The translations under genes were made by a program, and so were the position numbers. From Phycisphaerae bacterium (GTDB lineage Bacteria > Planctomycetota > Phycisphaerae > UBA1845), in the NCBI GenBank assembly GCA_022072505.1, contig JAJVHU010000010.1, positions 29,772-93,771 of the forward strand: a stretch of 64,000 nt of DNA, given 5' to 3'. Of the stretch, positions 1-8,707 are shown one piece after another. The notes beneath the pieces are model-generated. The model saw only the letters and a list, made by a program, of their open reading frames with translations, had not been told where the DNA came from and did not search any database. Positions within the stretch are counted from its first letter, which is position 1. Each line of letters starts with the position of its first letter.

Positions 1-13
1 GTCCTTCTGGCGG

Positions 14-1801
14 TTGCTTCCCGCCAATCCGATCCTCGTCCGCGTCGTCAGCGGCGCGAGCAAGCGCGTGCGCCATCTGTGGTTGCGGGCGGGCTACCTG
101 GTCCTGCTCGCCGCCGTGGTGCTGATGTCGCTGATGACCTTCATGGGCGACGCCAGCGGCCTCAACGAGCTGGCCAAGGGCGCCTCGCAGACGTTCAAAT
201 ACGCCGCCACGCTCCAGCTCGGGCTGATGTGCTTCCTGGCTCCGGTCTTCACCGCCGGCGCGATCACGCAGGAGCGCGACGCCCAGACCTACAACATCCT
301 CCTGTCCACGCCCCTGACCAACGCCCAGATCGTCCTCGGGTCGCTGCTGAGCCGGTTGTACTTCGTCGTCATGCTGTTGGTGGCGGGTCTGCCGATCTTC
401 TTCACGACGATGGTTTACGGCGGCGTCACCACCTCCCAGATCGTCGAGAGCTTCGGGCTGTCCGCGGCGACGGCCGTGCTCACCGGGGCGCTCGCCATCT
501 TCATCAGCGTCGTGCGCATCGGCACGCGGCGGACGATCTTCTCCTTCTACATGACGATCGCGCTGTACCTTCTGGCGGTGTACCTGCTGGGGCAGTGGGA
601 CCGCACGTGGTCGGTGGACGCGCCGCCGAACGTCGAGAGCCAGCGCATGTCCGTGCTCGCTCCGCTGCACCCGTTCCTCGCCCTGGAAGTGTCGTTGAAC
701 CGCGTGACCGCGCCGGATTATGCGCTCGTCGCCGGACACGGAGCGATCGTCGGACGGGCGCTCGCTTACCCGGCGGCGGCATACATCACCTGGACGATGG
801 TCGCCGGCGTGCTGCTGACCGTCGCGAGCATGTTCTTCGTCCGCAGCGGGGCGCGGCAGGGCGAGCCGACGATCTGGTCGCGCCTGCGCGCGGGCGTCAC
901 GCGCCGTCCGGACGAGGAGCGCCGCCGCAAACCGCGCCACGTCTGGAACAACCCCGTCGCCTGGCGCGAGGCGAAGACCAAGTCGTCCGGCGGAGCCGGA
1001 GGGCTGCTGCGCTGGTTCCTGCTGCTCGGCGGGGCGCTCGCCGCCGTCGGACTGCTCTTCATGCACCTGACCGACTCGAAGACGCTGCCCGTCCGGACCA
1101 CGCAGGAGTGGCTCGGCGCCGTGCTCATGATCGAGTTCACCATCGCCCTGCTGATCGCCACCAACACCGCGGCCACTTCGATGACCAAGGAGAAGGAATC
1201 CAAGAGCATGGAGGTGCTCCTGACGACGCCCCTGACCAGCCAGTACATCATCTGGGGAAAACTCCGCGGACTGGTCAGCTTCGCCGCGCCGCTCATCGCC
1301 GTTCCGGTCGGCAGCCTGCTGCTCTTCGGGCTGGTGGGCCTCATCCCGCGCGGGAAGGAACCGCTGGCCTGGATCGAGCTGGCGGTCGAGTTGGGCGCCG
1401 TGCTGGTCATGTACGTCGCCCTGTCGTGCGTCGTCTGCCTGAAGTTTTCGCTGACCAGCAAGAAGACGGTCAAGGCCACGATGATGAGCATCGCGTTCAT
1501 GCTGGTGCTCGCCGGGGCGCTGTCGGCGATCTTCTTCCCGATCCTCGGCGCCCCCGACGGACACATCGGCGCGTTCTTCGCCCCGTGGACGCCCTACACC
1601 GCGATCCACGCCATGACCCAGCCGGTCGTCCTCACCGACGGCGACTTCTCCCGCCTGTCGAGCAGCGCCGCCTCCCTGCGCGTCGCCTTCTTCATGGGCA
1701 GCGCCATCGCCGCGGGCATCTACGCCCTCATCGTCTTCAGCCTCTACAAAGCCCTCGTCCGCGGTTTCGACATGATCGTCCGCAAGCAGACGGCGACGTA
1801 G
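14..1801 (+). CDS. Polytopic membrane protein, ABC-2-type transporter permease-like (two permease-like halves)
   Basis: 595-aa ORF with two blocks of about 6 hydrophobic helices. The blocks are separated by a basic loop (RRPDEERRRKPRHVWNNPVAWRE). The N-terminus NPILVRV..SKRVRHLW resembles ABC-2/GldF-type permeases. The frame is open to the left window edge and the first in-window start is TTG, so the true 5' end may lie upstream. Confidence 0.5.
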   Translation: MLPANPILVRVVSGASKRVRHLWLRAGYLVLLAAVVLMSLMTFMGDASGLNELAKGASQTFKYAATLQLGLMCFLAPVFTAGAITQERDAQTYNILLSTPLTNAQIVLGSLLSRLYFVVMLLVAGLPIFFTTMVYGGVTTSQIVESFGLSAATAVLTGALAIFISVVRIGTRRTIFSFYMTIALYLLAVYLLGQWDRTWSVDAPPNVESQRMSVLAPLHPFLALEVSLNRVTAPDYALVAGHGAIVGRALAYPAAAYITWTMVAGVLLTVASMFFVRSGARQGEPTIWSRLRAGVTRRPDEERRRKPRHVWNNPVAWREAKTKSSGGAGGLLRWFLLLGGALAAVGLLFMHLTDSKTLPVRTTQEWLGAVLMIEFTIALLIATNTAATSMTKEKESKSMEVLLTTPLTSQYIIWGKLRGLVSFAAPLIAVPVGSLLLFGLVGLIPRGKEPLAWIELAVELGAVLVMYVALSCVVCLKFSLTSKKTVKATMMSIAFMLVLAGALSAIFFPILGAPDGHIGAFFAPWTPYTAIHAMTQPVVLTDGDFSRLSSSAASLRVAFFMGSAIAAGIYALIVFSLYKALVRGFDMIVRKQTAT

Positions 1802-1867
1802 GGTCATGCGCGCTCCAGCCGTGATGCTGCTTCTTCGTGGAACCGTATAAGAGCGGCACCCCTCTGA

Positions 1868-1917
1868 GCCGCGCGGCTTTAGCCCGCGCGACCTATCGCG
1901 TGGGCTAAAACCGCGCA
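1868..1917. repeat. Inverted pair of REP-like hairpin units (GCCGCGCGGCTTTAGCCCGCGCGA / TCGCGTGGGCTAAAACCGCGCA)
   Basis: Unit 1868-1891 and its near reverse complement 1896-1917 are separated by 4 nt. Same family as the copies at 17121-17334, 54961-55010 and 62969-62991. Confidence 0.75.
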
Positions 1918-2174
1918 GCTCGGAACGTGCTCGTTTCATCACACCCCGTCAATGGCGACGGTCGTCAGCCGAGCGTGCAACGAGCCGCGGGCGAGCGACC
2001 CCCCGGATGGCGCAAAGGAACGAACGACCAAACCCCGAAAAGTATCCCTGCGGCTCCCCCCCTCCCGTCCGATCGCCCTTCCGCCTCCGGTTACCCCCCC
2101 CATCCCGGAGCCGCAGAAGATTCCCTCGAAGTTGGCCCGTTGATTACAGGTCGTCGTGCCTTTATGTTATCTCC

Positions 2175-3188
2175 ATGCCGCACCGCAAGTTCGACGATCT
2201 TGAAGCGCACGCAGCCAAGTTCTGGCCCACCGCGCTCGCGCAACAAGAGCAGACGACGAGTAGCATCCCAAAGCTGATTGAGTCGCAGGAGAAATTCATC
2301 GGCATTCTGTATGTCGCCGATGCGTCCCCAATCGCGTGGAAAGATGCGCTCGCCACAACCCAAGGAGTGCCAGGCAATCTGTTCCTCATGCACCTCATGG
2401 TGCTTTCGGATCTCGGTGGCGAGAAACTGGACCGGTATCGCACCAACGTTGATTCGCTCTTTCCATCGAAGAAGATGGCGTTCCGCTGGAAAGATGCCGA
2501 CCACGATTACCGCTTCAAGAGTCTCGATACGTGTCGACGTTGGACGAACGAAGCGCTTTGCGTCGATGGGCAGGGGCTTGTCCATCCGGAACCGCTGTCC
2601 GACGCAATGGAGGATGTCGCAATGCTGCTGCTTCACGGTGGCTCCTCCGTCGATCCGGACCTTCCCGGCGAACTCCTCAAGAAGTGCGTACTCGGCAAGC
2701 TGATTGGTCGAAAACCGGAGTTGGATTCTTTCGTGAGGCAGCGCTACATATACGTAAGCCGGATCACCAGTGGCGGAACGGCCAACGCGATGGGGCAACT
2801 CTGCCAAAAGTACGTCAAGGAGCGATTGCAGGCAACGCTCAGAGAGTGGGCCTTCTCGCGCCACACGATTCCCGGCATCAGCCAGAACGCAGGACGCACG
2901 GACATGTCCTTCGACCTCGTCGCGGAGTCGCCGACCGGCAAGTATTGTGCGATTGAAATCAGCTTTCAAGAGACGACAAACAGCACCATTGAGCGCAAGG
3001 CCGGGCAGGCACATGCGCGGCAGCGCGTGCTACACAGGGCAGGGCACAAGATCGCCTATGTGATCGACGGAGCGGGCAACTTTCAGCGCAAGTCTGCCAT
3101 ATCTACGATCTGTCGGTACAGCGATTGCACGGTGACTCTCAGGAATCAAGAACTTGACGCTCTCGCCGCTTTTCTAAAAAAGATGTAG
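2175..3188 (+). CDS. Candidate restriction endonuclease partner of the adjacent methyltransferase (family not recognised)
   Basis: 338 aa from the internal ATG at 2175. The ORF-track start at 2007 lies in GC-rich Pro/Arg-rich sequence, and the GC drop begins near 2140. The gene ends 16 nt before a co-oriented DPPY methyltransferase. The C-terminal stretch DMSFDLVAESPTGKYCAIEISFQETTNSTIERK looks like a PD-(D/E)XK-type variant. Confidence 0.4.
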   Translation: MPHRKFDDLEAHAAKFWPTALAQQEQTTSSIPKLIESQEKFIGILYVADASPIAWKDALATTQGVPGNLFLMHLMVLSDLGGEKLDRYRTNVDSLFPSKKMAFRWKDADHDYRFKSLDTCRRWTNEALCVDGQGLVHPEPLSDAMEDVAMLLLHGGSSVDPDLPGELLKKCVLGKLIGRKPELDSFVRQRYIYVSRITSGGTANAMGQLCQKYVKERLQATLREWAFSRHTIPGISQNAGRTDMSFDLVAESPTGKYCAIEISFQETTNSTIERKAGQAHARQRVLHRAGHKIAYVIDGAGNFQRKSAISTICRYSDCTVTLRNQELDALAAFLKKM

Positions 3189-3204
3189 ACCAGGACGCTC
3201 AGGT

Positions 3205-5031
3205 ATGGCACATCAGAGCGATAATGCGAACCGACTGACGATCGAAAGCGCCACGCTGTCTGGTGTCAGCGCGATGCCGCAGCCAGACGATGGCGGGGCG
3301 CAGGTGTGGTTGTTCGCCCTCCCGTACGGTAGAACGACGCAGGATGCGGAGCGCTCCACGAAGTGGAATGATTCGCTGCGGCGCTTTGCTCTGGCGATCA
3401 ATCGTCGTTCCATCGTTGCGATCCTTACGTCATGCGAGGACGCCGCCGAAACGTGGCCTCATCTTGCCGATTGCCTGAAGTTTCAGCTTTGGGTCGCGGT
3501 AAAACTGGCCCAGCCGATCGAGCCCGGCCAGGGACAGTTGGCAAACCACCATGCGGCGCTACTGGTGCTTTCGCGCTACCGCACGTCGCTCGATCACACC
3601 AAGACCCGGATCGAGTACTCGTATTGCCCATCATGCGACAAGAGCACCAAGGACTACGGTGGGAAGAAGCACACGTACCATCCTTATGGCACGCTGGTGT
3701 CGGACGTCTGGCGCGACATTTCGTACAGTCCGGGATCGCCACCAACCGAGGTGGCGACGCGCCTTGCCGATCTCTTCGGATTGCCACCATATCAACGCCT
3801 GACGACGGTGGATTGCACTTTAGTGCGGTCGCTTCGGCCTTCGCGCCGGCCAGCGGTTTCGCTGTCCCGCGCAACCGATGGCGCAGCAGAGTTCAAATCG
3901 CGCTTGGTGAATGCCGATTGTCTCACGGCGCTTCGAGCTATTCCTGCTGACAGTGTGGACTTTTGCTTTGCGGACCCACCTTACAACCTCGACAAACGTT
4001 ACGACGCATGGGACGACGCCATAGATGTGCATACCTACCTTCGCTGGTGCAACACTTGGCTCGACGAATTGGGGCGGATTGTGCGGCCCGGGCACACTGT
4101 GGCCGTTTTGAATATTCCATTGCTTGCGATTCGCCACTTTCAGCACTTAAAGCGGAACCTGCGTTTTCAGACGTGGATTGTGTGGGAGGGCCTGAGCCTG
4201 CCCGTGCGGTTTATCATGCCCGCGCATTATTCAATCGTGTGTTTCTCCAAGGGTTACCCCAGACCGCTCCCCGGGATCCGCGCGATTGGCCACGCTCCTG
4301 AAGAAAAAAGGGCGTTGTCAGCACTCCGCGAGAACTACTGTGTTCGTCAGGCGTGTGTGAAAATGAGGGAAAAAGCGCTTGAACGCGATCGCGAGCGCAT
4401 TACCGATCTCTGGTGGGACATTCACCGACTTAAGCACAACTCACGCCGCGTCGATCATCCATGTCAGTTGCCGCCGGCCCTGATGAACCGACTGATTTCG
4501 CTTTTCACCTGCGAAGGCGAGATCGTTGTCGATCCATTCAATGGTGCAGGGACGACCACGTTATGCGCCCAATCGCTCGGTAGAAGGTACGTTGGGATCG
4601 AATTGTCCCAGAAGTACCACGCTTTGGCTGCTTCGAGGCATCGCACGCTCGCGTCTGGTGGCGACCCATTTCAAAAGGTCGACCGAGTTCCCGGGTCGAA
4701 GAACAGCAAGGTCGCGCGGATCGGCGGAATCGACTACAAGGTTCCGAAGAAGTCGCTTCAGCTTGAGGTAAGGCGAATCGCCCGCATGCTCGGGCGATTA
4801 CCGACACGCGAGGATGTGCGCCAGCATGCGCAGTACCCGCTGGCCTACTACGACGAATACTTTATCAGTTGGGGCGAAGTGTGTGCTGCGGCCCGGCATG
4901 CCGGCATGTCCGAGACACGAGGAGGCGACCTTTCACAACTGCGCCCTGAGGAGCCGACGCTGTTCAACTGTATGCCATCTCAGTACGGAGAGGCATCCTT
5001 CGCAGAGGAGCGGGGAGCTCAATCTGTGTAA
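3205..5031 (+). CDS. DNA methyltransferase, beta-class N6-adenine/N4-cytosine type, with a degenerate N-terminal duplicate and a C-terminal helical repeat
   Basis: Motif IV FADPPYNL precedes motif I VVDPFNGAGTTT, which is the beta-class order. DLWWDIHRLKHNSRRVDHPCQLPPALMNRLISLF is the usual pre-motif-I region. 608 aa, with roughly 230 extra N-terminal and 110 extra C-terminal residues. Confidence 0.85.
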   Translation: MAHQSDNANRLTIESATLSGVSAMPQPDDGGAQVWLFALPYGRTTQDAERSTKWNDSLRRFALAINRRSIVAILTSCEDAAETWPHLADCLKFQLWVAVKLAQPIEPGQGQLANHHAALLVLSRYRTSLDHTKTRIEYSYCPSCDKSTKDYGGKKHTYHPYGTLVSDVWRDISYSPGSPPTEVATRLADLFGLPPYQRLTTVDCTLVRSLRPSRRPAVSLSRATDGAAEFKSRLVNADCLTALRAIPADSVDFCFADPPYNLDKRYDAWDDAIDVHTYLRWCNTWLDELGRIVRPGHTVAVLNIPLLAIRHFQHLKRNLRFQTWIVWEGLSLPVRFIMPAHYSIVCFSKGYPRPLPGIRAIGHAPEEKRALSALRENYCVRQACVKMREKALERDRERITDLWWDIHRLKHNSRRVDHPCQLPPALMNRLISLFTCEGEIVVDPFNGAGTTTLCAQSLGRRYVGIELSQKYHALAASRHRTLASGGDPFQKVDRVPGSKNSKVARIGGIDYKVPKKSLQLEVRRIARMLGRLPTREDVRQHAQYPLAYYDEYFISWGEVCAAARHAGMSETRGGDLSQLRPEEPTLFNCMPSQYGEASFAEERGAQSV

Positions 5032-5072
5032 CGCGCGGCGCATCCGCGCGCCTGATTCACCTCGTGACGCCC

Positions 5073-6512
<1,440 letters not shown>

Positions 6513-6839
6513 GCTCTTTGCCGCATCCTTTCCTTAGCCCCGGGATTATATGAAAAACGCGCCGGCAGACGACCCCGCCCGCAACCCTCTCCGACACCCC
6601 CCGGCGGGCGTCAGGTCTTTACCGGCGTCCGCCCTCCCGTATGATTTGCACGGTATCGTGCGGTGCTCCCGCACTTCATGAAAGGATGCGTGATGCCCGA
6701 CACCCCAACCTCAGCGCAGCGCGCGGGTTCCTGCGATCCCGACCGGTGCTGCACCACGGCGCAAGCGGCCTGCCGTCACAGAACCGCGCGCCCGGATTCC
6801 TCGCCGTTATTACAAGCGTGAACCCGGAGACTCCTCTTG

Positions 6840-7313
6840 ATGACCCCCGAAACCGACGTCATCCTCTACACCGACGGCGCGTGCAGCGGAAACCCCGGTC
6901 CCGGCGGCTGGGGCGCCCTGCTCGTCAATCCGGCCACGAAAAAGATCCGTAAGCTCTCCGGCGGCGATCCCAGCACGACCAACAACCGGATGGAGTTGAC
7001 CGGCGTCATCGAGGGCCTGCGCGCCCTTCGCGGGAGCAAGCGATGGCGCATCCACGTCGTGACGGACAGTGAATACGTCGTCAAGGGCATGACGGAGTGG
7101 ATCGACGGCTGGATCGCCAACAACTGGCGCAAGGGAAAAAAATCCGGCGGCGGCGACGTCAAAAACGCCGATCTCTGGAAGACCCTTCACGAACTGGCCG
7201 GAAAGTACGAGGTCTCGTTCGAGCACATCCGAGGTCATGCCGGACACCCGGAGAACGAGGAATGCGACCGCCTCGCCGTCGCCGAGGCGCGGCGAGCCGC
7301 CGGCAAGGCGTAA
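6840..7313 (+). CDS. rnhA: Ribonuclease HI
   Basis: YTDGACSGNPGPGGWGALL, NNRMELTGVIEGL, TDSEYV and HAGHPENEECDRLA. The track start at 6837 is a TTG directly followed by ATG at 6840. Confidence 0.93.
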   Translation: MTPETDVILYTDGACSGNPGPGGWGALLVNPATKKIRKLSGGDPSTTNNRMELTGVIEGLRALRGSKRWRIHVVTDSEYVVKGMTEWIDGWIANNWRKGKKSGGGDVKNADLWKTLHELAGKYEVSFEHIRGHAGHPENEECDRLAVAEARRAAGKA

Positions 7314-7335
7314 CCGCGCCGCGCAGCGACTCCAC

Positions 7336-7410
7336 GCACACGCCCGCGACACACCCGCGACACCCCCACGCCCCCCGGGCACACGCCCGCGACCCCCGCG
7401 CACACGCCCG
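7336..7410. repeat. Low-complexity dispersed copies of CACACGCCCG(CGAC)
   Basis: Copies at 7336-7349, 7379-7392 and 7400-7410, in the spacer between the converging rnhA and EEP genes. Confidence 0.5.
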
Positions 7411-7434
7411 TAATACGCCCGCGCCCCCCGCGAC

Positions 7435-8439
7435 TCAGGGCTGGCCGCTGACGCTCAGCCGCGCCCACACCGGGTAATGATCCGACAGGTTCCGGTCGCA
7501 ATGCCCCTCGTCGCACATCCGCTGCGGCGCCAGCGGAACGAGCACCGCGTAGTCCAGCGGCGACACCGTCACCCGGCCGTTGCGGCTGTCCCCGATGAGC
7601 ACGTAGTCCAGCCGACCGCTCGGACCGTCCCCGTCGTCCGGGTAGAAGTAGCGCGTCAGCGTGTTGTTGTCCTGGTCCCAGGTGTACGTCGTGTCCTGCA
7701 CCTCCGGGTCGCGGGCGACGTCCCGAAGGTTCGCGCCCTCCAGCAGAAGCTCCGTGAACGTCGTGCTGTATTCGTTCGTCCGCCGGTTCTCGCCGTAAAC
7801 GTTGAAGTCGCCGATCGCCACCACCGGGCGCGACGGATACGTCGCCTGATACTTGCGGATGCGCTTCGCAAGCTGGCGCATCTGGCTGCGCCGCGCGTCC
7901 ATCGCCGAGTCGTAGTAATCCGACTGCATGTGCGTGTTGAACAAGCCGATCGCGAACCCGTCTTTGACGATCGTCGCCTCCAGCCACCCCTTCGCCGCGA
8001 AGAACTCGAACCCCGCGCCGTCCTGGTACATCTTCTGCTTCGCGTCCCGCATCTCATGCCGGCAGTGCATCGCCAGACCCGAGTGCTCGAGGTTCCCCTT
8101 GTACTTGAACCCGGTGAACGAGCAGCACATCCGGTCCGCGTAATGATGCCGCACATACGGGCGCCACAAATCCCCCTCGTCCCAGATCTCCTGATACGCG
8201 ATCCAGTCCGGTTCGCCCATCCACGTCTGCGAAATCCAGTACGCCCGGTCGGCGTCCGCCCAACTGTCCACGAAGGAGTCGCCCGCCAGGTGCGCGTTGT
8301 ACGCGACCACCTCCAGCGTCGTCTGCGCCGCGGGCTCCGGGGCGTCCCCCGCACAGGGCAGGGAGATCGCCGGCACGCAGATGAAAGTAAAGGCAGGAAG
8401 CACCGTCCGCCGACCGCTGATCGTTCGCATGTCCTTCAA
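7435..8439 (-). CDS. Secreted endonuclease/exonuclease/phosphatase (EEP) family protein
   Basis: Signal-peptide-like N-terminus (RRTVLPAFTFICVPAISLPCAG). EEP motifs VVAIGDFNV, RLDYVLIG and the terminal SDHYPVWARL. Confidence 0.75.
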   Translation of the reverse strand: MKDMRTISGRRTVLPAFTFICVPAISLPCAGDAPEPAAQTTLEVVAYNAHLAGDSFVDSWADADRAYWISQTWMGEPDWIAYQEIWDEGDLWRPYVRHHYADRMCCSFTGFKYKGNLEHSGLAMHCRHEMRDAKQKMYQDGAGFEFFAAKGWLEATIVKDGFAIGLFNTHMQSDYYDSAMDARRSQMRQLAKRIRKYQATYPSRPVVAIGDFNVYGENRRTNEYSTTFTELLLEGANLRDVARDPEVQDTTYTWDQDNNTLTRYFYPDDGDGPSGRLDYVLIGDSRNGRVTVSPLDYAVLVPLAPQRMCDEGHCDRNLSDHYPVWARLSVSGQP

Positions 8440-8489
8440 CTCCTCCGGGGCTCGCTTCTGACTCGGCGAGGCGCCCCGCCCCGACTTAA

Positions 8490-8532
8490 ACGCTGTTTCT
8501 TAACCGAGCCGCGCCCGTAAGGAAGCGTTCTT
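8490..8532. repeat. 43-nt conserved hairpin element, copy A
   Basis: ACGCTGTTTCTTAACCGAGCCGCGCCCGTAAGGAAGCGTTCTT is identical to 17396-17438 except for one base. The arms ACGCT(GT)TTCTTA and TAAGGAAGCGT can pair. Confidence 0.7.
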
Positions 8533-8631
8533 ACACCCCACCGACCCGGAGACGTTGAAACCGCGACTTAGCCCCGGAACGCATTGTACCCGCGGAAGCG
8601 TCCGCCCCAACCCGAAAGCCTGAAAGACGAC

Positions 8632-8664
8632 GGTCGCCGGCTCCCTCATCGAGAACCGGCGACC
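8632..8664 (-). terminator. Possible terminator hairpin after the Cys-rich protein gene
   Basis: Perfect 9-bp stem GGTCGCCGG/CCGGCGACC with a 15-nt loop, 44 nt downstream of the stop at 8708. On the minus strand it is followed by the U-containing GUCGUCUUUCAGGCUUUC. The U tract is weak. Confidence 0.35.
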
Positions 8665-8707
8665 GAACTGATCCACCTTGTTCAGACGCCGCACGCGGCG
8701 TCACGCG

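Noticed and set aside
2007-2174. N-terminal 56 codons of the track ORF 2007-3188
   Set aside because: Pro/Arg-rich translation of GC-rich DNA that precedes the compositional drop. The ATG at 2175 coincides with the onset of the low-GC island. Analogous upstream extensions were trimmed for rplQ, rplF, rpsJ, map, HIT, RlmI, panB, BFN, ParA, TadG-like, STAS, the protease and the GT-C-like gene.
6603-6644. GC-rich 10-bp hairpin (GGCGGGCGTC..GGCGTCCGCC) followed by TTTACC-16 nt-TATGAT between ffh and rnhA, considered as a regulatory RNA or promoter
   Set aside because: There is no U tract on either strand and only 4/6 matches in the -35-like hexamer. A promoter here would leave a roughly 190-nt leader with no other support. 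It is not distinguishable from chance in 70 % GC DNA.
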